This document shows positions 10,104 through 18,735 of a DNA stretch of 64,000 nucleotides, one piece after another (the stretch's first letter is position 1; every line of letters begins with the position of its first letter). The DNA lies in IMG/VR virus record IMGVR_UViG_3300025840_000013, one strand, 5' to 3'. This DNA is from a virus. Under the pieces are notes generated by a model. The model worked only from the letters and a program-made list of their open reading frames with translations, was not told the origin of the DNA and searched no databases. The translations under genes and the position numbers were made by a program.

Positions 10104-10111
10104 CATAAATA
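10104..10111 (+). promoter_or_regulatory. Probable late promoter variant CATAAATA heading the curli-like operon
   Basis: 7/8 match to TATAAATA directly after a terminator and before the 10131 RBS. Confidence 0.5.
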
Positions 10112-10130
10112 GGGGTGAGAGGATTCTTTT

Positions 10131-10418
10131 ATGGACTTTTTATCTTTAGTAGCCGATGTTGGATTTCCAATTGCCTCTGCTCTCGCAGGGGGATTTTTTG
10201 TTTTCTTGACATTAAAATTTATTCTTGCTGGTGTTTTAGATAATATCAAAACACAAAGGGGATTTGTACAATCTTTAGATAATAGAGTAAAGACCATGAA
10301 TAATGAACTCTTGCGAATTGATATACTAATGTGTAGATCATTCAACATTCCATTATTGCCTGCAGATCTTAATAGAATCGCAAGAGCTGATGGACAAACA
10401 GATGCGAGGAAAGATTAA
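10131..10418 (+). CDS. GFPI-motif single-TM coiled-coil protein (paralog 1)
   Basis: VGFPIA-TM-LDNRVKTMNNELLRI; similar to 10802. Confidence 0.7.
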   Translation: MDFLSLVADVGFPIASALAGGFFVFLTLKFILAGVLDNIKTQRGFVQSLDNRVKTMNNELLRIDILMCRSFNIPLLPADLNRIARADGQTDARKD

Positions 10419-10603
10419 TGCTTTGGAAAGACTTACTATTAATTAAATTTAAAGACGGATTTAGAATTACATCGGCAAAAGATCCAGATGATAAATTTTT
10501 TGTTCTTGATGATGTTGAGTTGCAGATTGGCGATTTATACCAAGTTGGGCCTAACGGTTATTTCGAAAAAATTGGAAGTGTTGCAGAGGATACTACGACA
10601 TGA
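10418..10603 (+). CDS. Small beta-rich hypothetical protein
   Basis: coupled TAATG start; IGDLYQVGPNGYF motif. Confidence 0.6.
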   Translation: MLWKDLLLIKFKDGFRITSAKDPDDKFFVLDDVELQIGDLYQVGPNGYFEKIGSVAEDTTT

Positions 10604-10800
10604 TTTGGTTGGAATATGTCATCGAGCAAGCTGGAAGGAACTTTAAAGTTCGTGGTGAATGGGAAGGTGAACTTATGGGAATAGATGCAGACGGAAGTGA
10701 GAAAGAACACTTTCTGTATAAGCCTGGAGACCTTTTTCGTGTGAACGAAAAGGGTTGGTTATGTCATATCTCTGGCGATGATGGTGTAAATAGAGAGTAA
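10600..10800 (+). CDS. Small beta-rich hypothetical protein (paralog of 10418)
   Basis: PGDLFRVNEKGWL motif; ATGA overlap. Confidence 0.6.
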   Translation: MIWLEYVIEQAGRNFKVRGEWEGELMGIDADGSEKEHFLYKPGDLFRVNEKGWLCHISGDDGVNRE

Positions 10801-10801
10801 A

Positions 10802-11095
10802 ATGGAACTAGAATTAGGAACATTAATAGGACAATATGGGTTTCCTATCATAGCTGCATTTGGACTAGGATATTTCATATACTATATCTGGCATTGGGTA
10901 ACAGAAGAGGTAGATCCTGTTATCGAAGAATCGCATATGACTCTGATAGCACTAATCGATAGGGTTAGAATGTTGGACAATGATTTAATAAGATTGAACA
11001 CAAAGTTAAATATGATTTTACAACAAAAGGGAGTTGTTGTCCCATCTGACGAAGAAGTAGAAGAAGTTATAAAAAAACGAAAAGAAAATTCCTAG
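10802..11095 (+). CDS. GFPI-motif single-TM coiled-coil protein (paralog 2)
   Basis: YGFPII-TM-LIDRVRMLDNDLIRL. Confidence 0.7.
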   Translation: MELELGTLIGQYGFPIIAAFGLGYFIYYIWHWVTEEVDPVIEESHMTLIALIDRVRMLDNDLIRLNTKLNMILQQKGVVVPSDEEVEEVIKKRKENS

Positions 11096-11105
11096 AGGAA
11101 AACTT

Positions 11106-11567
11106 ATGAAAAAAATACTGACAGTTATAGGTTTAATATTTGTGAGCAGTAATCTATATGCTTCTGAACTGACATGGGGGTTTAAGAATCCAGCGTTTCA
11201 CTATGGAAATGGTTATTCTACTCATGTTTTGAGTGTTGAACAACTACAACATAATAGAAAAGAGGATTTGAGAAAAGAGGCAGAGGCAGAGGCTGCAAGA
11301 ATTCAGAGAGAACTTGAAAATACAACTCTGGCAAAGTTTCTAAGAAATATCGAATCTAGAATTTACGCAACACTATCTAAACAGATGGTAGACGCAATGT
11401 TTGCTGATTGTGGGGATGCTTGTTCGAATACTGGAACAGCAACCATTGAAGGTTCTACTATAACTTGGGTAAAAGATACAGTTGCTGGTACTATAACACT
11501 AACTGTCATAGAAGAGGATGGAAGTGTCACTGAAATTACAATTCCAACAGGGGAGTTTGGTTTTTGA
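11106..11567 (+). CDS. csgF: Curli assembly protein CsgF-like
   Basis: signal peptide then ASELTWGFKNPAFHYGN (CsgF N-terminal FxNPxF), F...ESRIY..LS..., C-terminal DGSVTEITIP. Confidence 0.8.
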   Translation: MKKILTVIGLIFVSSNLYASELTWGFKNPAFHYGNGYSTHVLSVEQLQHNRKEDLRKEAEAEAARIQRELENTTLAKFLRNIESRIYATLSKQMVDAMFADCGDACSNTGTATIEGSTITWVKDTVAGTITLTVIEEDGSVTEITIPTGEFGF

Positions 11568-12382
11568 TAAAATTAGTACCATTAATAATTTCTCTTTTAT
11601 TTTTATCTGGATGTGCAACCCAAAAAAGTCTTGAAACTTTGTGGGATGTTAATACTTCTCCAGAACTGCAGGAGAGTCCTATTAAGGAACGTCTTGCGGC
11701 GGTTCCCCCAATTGATGGGCCAAAAATTACGATTGCTGTTTATCAGTTTTTAGATAAGACTGGACAAAGAAAATCTGCATCTAATATTGCAAGTTTAAGT
11801 TCTGCAGTAACTCAAGGATCAGAGGTTTGGGTTATAAAGGCACTTCAAGATGTAGGTAATGGTACATGGTTTGAAGTTGTAGAACGTGTTGGTATGGACA
11901 ATTTAATAAAAGAAAGACAATTGATTAGACAAACAAGAGATGTCTATGACAAAGATCGGCCAGGAGGCCCAGAACCACTAAGTCCTATGATTTTTGCAGG
12001 ACTTATCCTTGAGGGGGGAGTGGTTGGTTATGATTCAAATACGGCGACAGGCGGTGTCGGCGCTAGATACTTAGGAGTTGGCGCACAAACAGAATATAGA
12101 ATAGATACTGTTACTGTGGTTATGCGACTAGTAAGTGTTAGTACAGGTAAGGTGTTGATGAGTATCGCAACGGATAAAACCATTGCAAGTTATCGAAGTG
12201 GAGCAGATATATTTAAATTTTTAGATCTTGGTACAAAACTCGTAGAAACTGAAACCGGCTTTTCATCGAATGAACCTGTTAATTATGCTGTCAGAGCAGC
12301 AATAGAACAGGGCGTGATCGAGTTAGTTTATGGTGGAGTAAGAAAACAACTCTGGAAAATGGAATTAAATCAAGAGGACTAA
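11564..12382 (+). CDS. csgG: Curli secretion pore lipoprotein CsgG-like
   Basis: lipobox LSGC; AVYQFLDKTGQRK, SSAVTQG, WFEVVERVGMDNLIKERQLIR, GGVVGYDSN, GGVGARYLGVG, NEPVNYAVRAAIE. Confidence 0.92.
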   Translation: MIKLVPLIISLLFLSGCATQKSLETLWDVNTSPELQESPIKERLAAVPPIDGPKITIAVYQFLDKTGQRKSASNIASLSSAVTQGSEVWVIKALQDVGNGTWFEVVERVGMDNLIKERQLIRQTRDVYDKDRPGGPEPLSPMIFAGLILEGGVVGYDSNTATGGVGARYLGVGAQTEYRIDTVTVVMRLVSVSTGKVLMSIATDKTIASYRSGADIFKFLDLGTKLVETETGFSSNEPVNYAVRAAIEQGVIELVYGGVRKQLWKMELNQED

Positions 12383-12383
12383 T

Positions 12384-13118
12384 ATGTTTAAAAAAATACT
12401 AATAATTTTTGCACTTCTGTACACTATTCCAGTATACGCTAATGAAATCTACATTACACAATCTGGCGATGATCTGGACTTAGATATTGTACAAGATGGA
12501 CAAGACAATAAAATTGGTGATTCGACTACTGATATGATACTGCAAGGCGATACAATGACATTTGATATTACCCAAACGGGCAATTTCAATGAAATTGACG
12601 CTGTAATTAAAGGTAATACTTATACAGGAACATGGGTATTTACTGGAGATACAAATACAGTGGACTTGACTTGTGATACTACTTCGGGTGTAAACTGTGA
12701 AACTGTTACTTTAGATATTACGACAACTGGGGATAATAACCAATTTCAGATGTATATCGGCGAGAACAATGACGCAGAAAATTTAGTTGCAGATTTCACA
12801 ATTACTGGTGACGGTAATGTAATCGATTTAGTACAGGACGGAACAGAGGCAGATATCACTGTTACAGTTGATTCTTCTTCAAGTCTTGCATCTGGTACAA
12901 TCACACATGCAACTACAGGACTTTCTACAAGTGCGCCAGGAAACTACATTGATATAGATCAAACTGGAAATGGGGATATTAACGGACACAGTATTACATT
13001 AGACATTACTGGTGGTGGTGGAAATTTTAAAATTTCCCAATCAGGAATTTATGATAACTTAATTGACGCCACTTTTTCTGGTGATAACGCAGACGTTAAT
13101 ATAACACAACGAGACTGA
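12384..13118 (+). CDS. Secreted curlin-repeat-like protein 1
   Basis: signal peptide; ~22 aa repeats of xDIxQxGxxN type; acidic. Confidence 0.7.
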   Translation: MFKKILIIFALLYTIPVYANEIYITQSGDDLDLDIVQDGQDNKIGDSTTDMILQGDTMTFDITQTGNFNEIDAVIKGNTYTGTWVFTGDTNTVDLTCDTTSGVNCETVTLDITTTGDNNQFQMYIGENNDAENLVADFTITGDGNVIDLVQDGTEADITVTVDSSSSLASGTITHATTGLSTSAPGNYIDIDQTGNGDINGHSITLDITGGGGNFKISQSGIYDNLIDATFSGDNADVNITQRD

Positions 13119-14242
13119 TGTTTAGGTACATCTTCTTATTACTCTTAGTGTTATGTTTTCCACATAACCTATATGGTGCTGCAGGGACTATAACTGACCT
13201 GAGTGGAAGTGGAGTATTGGAAAGAGATACTGATGTTATTATTGGTGATTACGGCATAGGCGTTGAGTCTATGGATGTCGCAGTTACTGAAAGTGGTAAG
13301 ATGCGAATAGATTTCATTGATAATACTAGAGTAGATTTGACAGAACATACCAGACTATTAATAGATGAATTTGTTTATGACCCCAATAGTGGAACTGGTT
13401 CTCTTGGATTGAGGGCTACATTAGGCACTATTCGTTACGCAAGTGGTAAAATCGCCACAAACAGTAGACAAAGAGTTAACATCAGAACTCCAAGTGCAAA
13501 GATTAGTGTAAGGGGTACTGATTTTATTATGGTTGTTGATGAAATTGGCGGCAGTATGATTACATTACTGCCAAGTTGTGATATAGATGGTTATTGTGTC
13601 ACTGGTGAAATTTTGGTTGAAACTGATACAGGGTTTGTTATAATGACTCAGGCCTTTCAATCTACTATCGTAAAAAGTATGTGGTCGAAACCATTACCGC
13701 CAATTACACTAGATATATCTGAAGGCGATATTAATAATTTATTAATGTTAAGAAAAAAGTCACCTTATGAGGAAGAAGAACAAGAAATTATGAGGAAGGC
13801 CAGAAAAATGTTTGATTTTCTGGATATAGATTTTCTTGAATTTGATGATTTAGATCAAGATGCATTAACTGATGATATTAAAAATATATGGGTAACTGAA
13901 TTGCACGATTCTAATTATTATCTACAAGAACTATTACACGACATGTTAGATCAGTTAAATTTGGCACTTGCAGAAATATTTAGAGATGAATTAGATAAAC
14001 AGAACGAAGAATTTTTTGCACAAAGAGTTTATGGGTATGATGAAACGACAAGAATCACCATAGAAGATCTTAATCCTATGTGGAGAATTATAAGAGAAGA
14101 TGCTGGTGTTACTCAAAGACTAGATTTGAAACTGCATCAAGAAAACGGATACACAATAAACATGGAGCAAGGAGATGAAGCAGTATACGATTACCGCCTT
14201 GGTGTTGGTACTAACACTATCGATATCATCCAAAGCCAGTAG
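13118..14242 (+). CDS. Exported FecR-domain protein with acidic C-terminal extension
   Basis: signal peptide; D.AVT...MRIDFID.TRVDLTEHTRLLIDEFVYDP, IRTPSAKISVRGTDF FecR motifs. Confidence 0.8.
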   Translation: MFRYIFLLLLVLCFPHNLYGAAGTITDLSGSGVLERDTDVIIGDYGIGVESMDVAVTESGKMRIDFIDNTRVDLTEHTRLLIDEFVYDPNSGTGSLGLRATLGTIRYASGKIATNSRQRVNIRTPSAKISVRGTDFIMVVDEIGGSMITLLPSCDIDGYCVTGEILVETDTGFVIMTQAFQSTIVKSMWSKPLPPITLDISEGDINNLLMLRKKSPYEEEEQEIMRKARKMFDFLDIDFLEFDDLDQDALTDDIKNIWVTELHDSNYYLQELLHDMLDQLNLALAEIFRDELDKQNEEFFAQRVYGYDETTRITIEDLNPMWRIIREDAGVTQRLDLKLHQENGYTINMEQGDEAVYDYRLGVGTNTIDIIQSQ

Positions 14243-14858
14243 TAATGAAATTTACATTACTCAAAGTGGAGACAATCTTACTTTGGATATTCAACAGCGC
14301 AGTGAAAACAATTATATCAATCTAAGTTCTACAGGGCCAAATAATGACATTACTATACGGCAAGGTATCCACGATGATAACACATATGATGGTGACGAAA
14401 CTGGTGGGCATGAGGCATATTGGACTGTAACGGGCGATGGAAATACAGTTGCAAGTTATCAAACAGATACCAATAGAGGTGGTGGCGGTGGTGCAGCACA
14501 CCACTTAGCAAATATAGTAAATGGTGATAGTAATACAGTAGAACATATACAAATGGGTAAGGCTGGACATGATGGTTTTGTAGAGATACAGGGCGACAGC
14601 AACACAGTAGATCTGTATCAAAGAGGTAATGGTGGGCAAAAATGGGCAGACATCGTGCTAACAGGTGATGGTCACACAGTAGATGTTGAACAACTAGGCA
14701 GTCAAAGTGCAACAGCGGCAATAGATTTAACTAATTCTGGGGGCGCATATACCTTAAACTTGACTCAAAATGTAACTTCATCTCCAGGCTCTTATAGTGT
14801 TACAGGATATTGTACAAATTCGGCGGGATGCTCGGTAACTATAAACGGAAACAATTGA
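14175..14858 (+). CDS. Secreted curlin-repeat-like protein 2 (His/Gly rich)
   Basis: signal peptide; NEIYITQSGD start shared with 12384; GDxNTVxxxQ repeats; C-terminal CTNSAGC. Confidence 0.7.
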   Translation: MKQYTITALVLVLTLSISSKASSNEIYITQSGDNLTLDIQQRSENNYINLSSTGPNNDITIRQGIHDDNTYDGDETGGHEAYWTVTGDGNTVASYQTDTNRGGGGGAAHHLANIVNGDSNTVEHIQMGKAGHDGFVEIQGDSNTVDLYQRGNGGQKWADIVLTGDGHTVDVEQLGSQSATAAIDLTNSGGAYTLNLTQNVTSSPGSYSVTGYCTNSAGCSVTINGNN

Positions 14859-14870
14859 GGTTGTTTTTTT

Positions 14871-14878
14871 TATAAATA
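14871..14878 (+). promoter_or_regulatory. T4-type late promoter TATAAATA
   Basis: exact motif, intergenic. Confidence 0.7.
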
Positions 14879-14929
14879 TGTTTCGTGATTATATCAATCA
14901 CATGTATCATTTCATACTTGGAGGCTATA

Positions 14930-15100
14930 ATGACTACAGCAGTTGCGTTCGAGCGGGCTGCGAAGATCATTGATACAAAGTTTGAAGAAGTGAAACAGAA
15001 TGAACAAGTGTGTAAATTCTGCGAATTACTACAAATGATGAGTTTAATGACTTTGCCTTTCGCTATTCCTTACTTCATAATTTATTGGAGTTACAACTAA
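14930..15100 (+). CDS. Small protein with CxxC and C-terminal TM
   Basis: GGAGG RBS before ATG 14930. Confidence 0.6.
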   Translation: MTTAVAFERAAKIIDTKFEEVKQNEQVCKFCELLQMMSLMTLPFAIPYFIIYWSYN

Positions 15101-15105
15101 AAACA

Positions 15106-15128
15106 AGACCCGCTTAATGCGGGTTTTT
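15106..15128 (+). terminator. Rho-independent terminator
   Basis: GACCCGC-ttaat-GCGGGTT followed by Ts. Confidence 0.7.
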
Positions 15129-15131
15129 GTT

Positions 15132-15139
15132 TATAAATA
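15132..15139 (+). promoter_or_regulatory. T4-type late promoter TATAAATA upstream of the cyclase
   Basis: exact motif directly after a terminator. Confidence 0.7.
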
Positions 15140-15158
15140 GTTACGAAATGAGGTACTA

Positions 15159-15263
15159 ATGGAGACTTTAGCGGGATATTTATTTTTCGTAACTTTAATA
15201 ATTGTAAACACATCATTGCATGTGTTTATTTGGAAGTCATTGGATGGAGAATTACCAGAATGA
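15159..15263 (+). CDS. 34 aa single-TM peptide coupled to the cyclase, not in ORF track
   Basis: GAGG RBS; METLAGYLFFVTLIIVNTSLHVFIW...; ATGA overlap with cyclase start. Confidence 0.6.
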   Translation: METLAGYLFFVTLIIVNTSLHVFIWKSLDGELPE

Positions 15264-17302
15264 AAAAACTCTTACTGTCTCCCATATGGAGTATTATTAT
15301 ACTTCTTTTATGTACTTACGGATACTATACAAATCCAAATTTATTAGAAAGTTTAAGACTTAGATACTTCGATAGTCTTATAGTCAATCAACCAATCCAA
15401 GAAAATAATATCTACACAGTCAATATTGATGATGCAACTATCAATCAATATGGACAATGGCCATTTCCAAGAAACATATATGCAGATATAATTAAAGACC
15501 TGTACGACAGAGGTGCAGGATTAGTTGTGTTTAATGTACTCATGAGTGAAAATGATAGATTTGAACAGGACGAAGTTCTGTCAAGAACAATGATGGAAAA
15601 TCCAGTCATTCTGAGTATTATAGGATCTGAGGAGAATAAAAATGAACCGATCAACCCTGGCGCTGGAATTATTAATTCTGAGTTTATGCATCTCATTCCA
15701 AGTGTATCTGGCATCACATCTAATATTGAATTACTTGAAACTTATGCACTTGGTTCAGGGATAGTTGATACTTATCCAGAAATTGATGGTGTTACACGAA
15801 GAGCTCCACTAGTTTTTGAGTCTGGTGGTGTCTTATATCCTAGTTTGACGATGGAAGTATTGAGAGTACTTGCCGGCGACAAATCCTTCCAAATTAAGTT
15901 ATCACCATTAGGGGTAGATAAACTTAGAATACCACAATATGGGCCTATCCAAACAAATGAATTGGGAGAAGTTTGGATTGATTGGTCGCAGGGATACAGA
16001 AGTGCGAGTGTTGTAGATTTGCCAGATAGTTTTGACGGTGCGGTTGTATTTGTTGGAGTTAGTGCATCTGGAGTCACACAACCAATTTCTACTGCGAAAG
16101 GTGGAGTGTGGCCACACGAAATACAGGCAGCGATGTTAGGAACTGTTTTCAATGAGTCCAATATAGTAAGACATCCAGACGCAAAGGCGTGGGGTGAAAT
16201 TACTGCATTAGTGGCCGCAGGACTTCTTATTATATTATTATCAAAGTGGACATATATTGGTTTAGGGTTTTATGCTGTATCTGTAGTGGGGTTTGTTGGT
16301 GGGTCGATATATGCATTTAGAACAGAGAATCTACTTATCGATGGTGCTACTATTTCTGCAATTTTATTATTAGTTGGACTTAGTAGATATGTTGTAAAGT
16401 TTTTGGATGAGTTCTTACAGAAACAGGCTATCAAGAAACAATTTGAAGGTTATGCATCACCGGCAGTGGTTAAAATTTTACAAGAAAATCCAGACCTTGT
16501 AAAGAAAGGTACAAAAAGAGAGATTAGTATTTGTTTTTCTGATTTGAGAGGATTCACTCCATTAGGAGAATCTTTTGGTGATGATGTGCAGGGACTGACG
16601 GAAATAATGAACGGATACATGGATGCTATTACAGAACCAGTCTTAAAAAATAACGGAATGATAATTAAGTATATTGGTGATGCATCTATGCATATTCATA
16701 ACGCACCAGTTGATGATGAATCACATGCACATACATCTGTAAGAACAGGATTAGAAATGTTGAAGGCGGTTGAGAAATTTAATGATAGACTTGTTGCAGA
16801 TGGAAGACCACCAGTTGGTATGGGTGCTGGTATTAATACTGGTGTTGGTTATATTGGAGAGATGGGTTCGACTAAAAGATATAGTTATGATGTTCTTGGT
16901 GATTCGGTTTCTACTACTGCACGATTAGAGGGACAGTGTAAGGCATATGGTGTACTGTTGATCATCGGCCCAGAAACATATAGAAGAACTAAAGAAGATT
17001 TCTTTTATTTAAAATTGGACGACCTTGCGGTAAAAGGAAAAAGTATTGGTTTGCCGATCTACACAGTTTTAGATGGTGAAAATGCCGATTGGTCAAAGTA
17101 TAAATTAGTACATAGAAATATGTTAAAGTTTTATAGAAAAAAACAGTTCGACAAGGCCATAGAACTGTGCAAGTTATTGAAAGGACAATTTGATGGCAAA
17201 ATGGATGGATATTACGATATGTGGATGGAACGTTGTGATTTCATGTCAACGCAAGATCTCCCAGAAGATTGGGACGGAATTTTTAGAGCAACAACGAAGT
17301 GA
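15260..17302 (+). CDS. CHASE2-domain class III adenylate/guanylate cyclase (membrane bound)
   Basis: N-terminal TM; VNIDD...YGQWPFPR, DGVTRR, VFVG, HE.QA CHASE2 motifs; 3 TMs; FSDLRGFT, IKYIGDA, GINTG, YDVLGDSV..ARLEG cyclase motifs. Confidence 0.92.
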   Translation: MKKLLLSPIWSIIILLLCTYGYYTNPNLLESLRLRYFDSLIVNQPIQENNIYTVNIDDATINQYGQWPFPRNIYADIIKDLYDRGAGLVVFNVLMSENDRFEQDEVLSRTMMENPVILSIIGSEENKNEPINPGAGIINSEFMHLIPSVSGITSNIELLETYALGSGIVDTYPEIDGVTRRAPLVFESGGVLYPSLTMEVLRVLAGDKSFQIKLSPLGVDKLRIPQYGPIQTNELGEVWIDWSQGYRSASVVDLPDSFDGAVVFVGVSASGVTQPISTAKGGVWPHEIQAAMLGTVFNESNIVRHPDAKAWGEITALVAAGLLIILLSKWTYIGLGFYAVSVVGFVGGSIYAFRTENLLIDGATISAILLLVGLSRYVVKFLDEFLQKQAIKKQFEGYASPAVVKILQENPDLVKKGTKREISICFSDLRGFTPLGESFGDDVQGLTEIMNGYMDAITEPVLKNNGMIIKYIGDASMHIHNAPVDDESHAHTSVRTGLEMLKAVEKFNDRLVADGRPPVGMGAGINTGVGYIGEMGSTKRYSYDVLGDSVSTTARLEGQCKAYGVLLIIGPETYRRTKEDFFYLKLDDLAVKGKSIGLPIYTVLDGENADWSKYKLVHRNMLKFYRKKQFDKAIELCKLLKGQFDGKMDGYYDMWMERCDFMSTQDLPEDWDGIFRATTK

Positions 17303-17497
17303 ACCAGCCTATGGACTTCAAGAAAGAACAGAAGATATTAAACGAAAAGTTGCAGAACTTAGAAAAGGACTCACTGAAACAGACTATATTCATTCCTTAC
17401 GGCGGCAGCAATCTATTGAAGTGGAAAAGAGCAACGAAAAAAAGGACACCAGTAGTGAAATGGACTCGTTGCGAGAAAAACTAAGAAAGAAGAATAA

Positions 17498-17833
17498 ATG
17501 ACGAAAGTATTATCAATTACAGAAAGTGCAAAGACCCACTTACTAAATATCCTAATCAAAAACGATGAAACACATATAATGTTTGGAATGCAAGGTGGTG
17601 GATGTGCTGGATTTGAGTACTTTTGGAAACTTGGTAGTGAAGAACCCATAAAAGACTTAGATGAAATTATAGAATTATCAGATGGTAAAGTCTTTGTAGT
17701 AGATAGTCATAGTTTAATGTATATATTAGGTAGTACTATTGACTATCAAGAAAGTCTAGCAGGCAGTATGTTAGTAGTAGATAATCCACAAGCAAAGAGT
17801 TCTTGTGGATGTGGTGTTAGTGTAAATATTTAA
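17498..17833 (+). CDS. iscA: A-type Fe-S cluster carrier (IscA/HesB/ErpA family)
   Basis: GGGCAGFEY, GSTIDY, NPQAKSSCGCG. Confidence 0.9.
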   Translation: MTKVLSITESAKTHLLNILIKNDETHIMFGMQGGGCAGFEYFWKLGSEEPIKDLDEIIELSDGKVFVVDSHSLMYILGSTIDYQESLAGSMLVVDNPQAKSSCGCGVSVNI

Positions 17834-17854
17834 TATTTTTTTAAAAAAAATTAT

Positions 17855-17883
17855 AAGTCCCTGTTTTTCAAGGACTTTTTTTT
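17855..17883 (+). terminator. Terminator-like hairpin ending the accessory operon
   Basis: AAGTCCCTG-ttttt-CAAGGACTT followed by a T run. Confidence 0.5.
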
Positions 17884-17904
17884 GATCTTTTTTCTTCAAA
17901 AAGC

Positions 17905-17967
17905 TTGACATTTGGGTTCAAATACCTTATATTATATATGTAAGGTTGATAAAGGAATGATGATGTA
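17905..17967 (+). promoter_or_regulatory. Early promoter/leader cassette copy 1 (TTGACA-N17-TATATT...AAAGGAATGATGATG)
   Basis: motif and near identity to the 18364 and 19261 copies. Confidence 0.8.
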
Positions 17968-18358
17968 TTGCGTAATTCTAGAAGAAGAAGAAGTAAACAG
18001 AATTCCATATGGTGGGTGCCATGGCCCAAAACCAAAATACAAAAAATATGGAACATATCACTCAAGTGAGGGTTCTAGTTGGTATATTGCACAGGTTGAA
18101 AATAATGCACCAGCAATGAGTGAAAAATTGTGGAAAATTCGTGAACAACTATCTATCGCCGAAAAAAGACTTTTTGATACAATCATCTCTATGGAAGAAT
18201 TTCCAGAATATGAACCACCTATGCGTAAGCATGGCATCAATGATAAGAACATGGTTGTAGAGTTGTGTGAAATAATGAGGCAAGATACACCATCATCAAT
18301 GTCTTCTTGGTTGTCAGTTCTTAGAAAAAAGATTGATAAAAGTGATTTAGTTGCATAA
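17957..18358 (+). CDS. Early hypothetical protein
   Basis: ORF track frame; start at ATG run after AAGGA. Confidence 0.6.
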   Translation: MMMYCVILEEEEVNRIPYGGCHGPKPKYKKYGTYHSSEGSSWYIAQVENNAPAMSEKLWKIREQLSIAEKRLFDTIISMEEFPEYEPPMRKHGINDKNMVVELCEIMRQDTPSSMSSWLSVLRKKIDKSDLVA

Positions 18359-18363
18359 AGTGC

Positions 18364-18426
18364 TTGACATTTCATTGCGAATCACTTATATTATATATGT
18401 AAGATTAATAAAGGAATGATGATGTA
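18364..18426 (+). promoter_or_regulatory. Early promoter/leader cassette copy 2
   Basis: TTGACA-N17-TATATT; downstream CTTATATTATATATGTAAG...AAAGGAATGATGATGTA nearly identical to copy 1. Confidence 0.8.
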
Positions 18427-18559
18427 CAAAGTGATATACAAAATCTACGGAAAGTACTCCCATGTCTATTCATTTGAATCGTATGAACAGGCAAAAAAGT
18501 TCTTTCACAAGATCCGCAAATCTCCCAAAGTAACATATGCAGAATTGGATGTATCATAA
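18416..18559 (+). CDS. Small basic early protein (47 aa), not in ORF track
   Basis: RBS, open frame ...MYKVIYKIYGK...AELDVS*. Confidence 0.55.
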   Translation: MMMYKVIYKIYGKYSHVYSFESYEQAKKFFHKIRKSPKVTYAELDVS

Positions 18560-18735
18560 TGAATGTGATGTTCGAAGAGTTGGAAATTGGTGCCCCTATC
18601 ATTACTGATTATGGGTACTGGACAGTGAATGGTGAAGTAACATCTCTTCATACCGATGCGGATGGTGACGAATTAGTTACTGTCATGTATGAAGATGGTG
18701 CAGTTAAAGTTTATCGTAAAGAGGAAATACAATAA
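18559..18735 (+). CDS. Small acidic early protein (58 aa), not in ORF track
   Basis: TAATG coupling at both ends. Confidence 0.6.
   Translation: MNVMFEELEIGAPIITDYGYWTVNGEVTSLHTDADGDELVTVMYEDGAVKVYRKEEIQ

Noticed and set aside
14884-14902. GTGA...TCAC inverted repeat near the cyclase as a CRP box
   Set aside because: Half-site spacing is 9 nt rather than 6; better explained as a 5' leader hairpin
17190-17501. ORF between the cyclase and iscA
   Set aside because: Two competing frames (17190-17501 and 17299-17484); the first is ATGA-coupled to iscA but has no clear start, so no confident call was made
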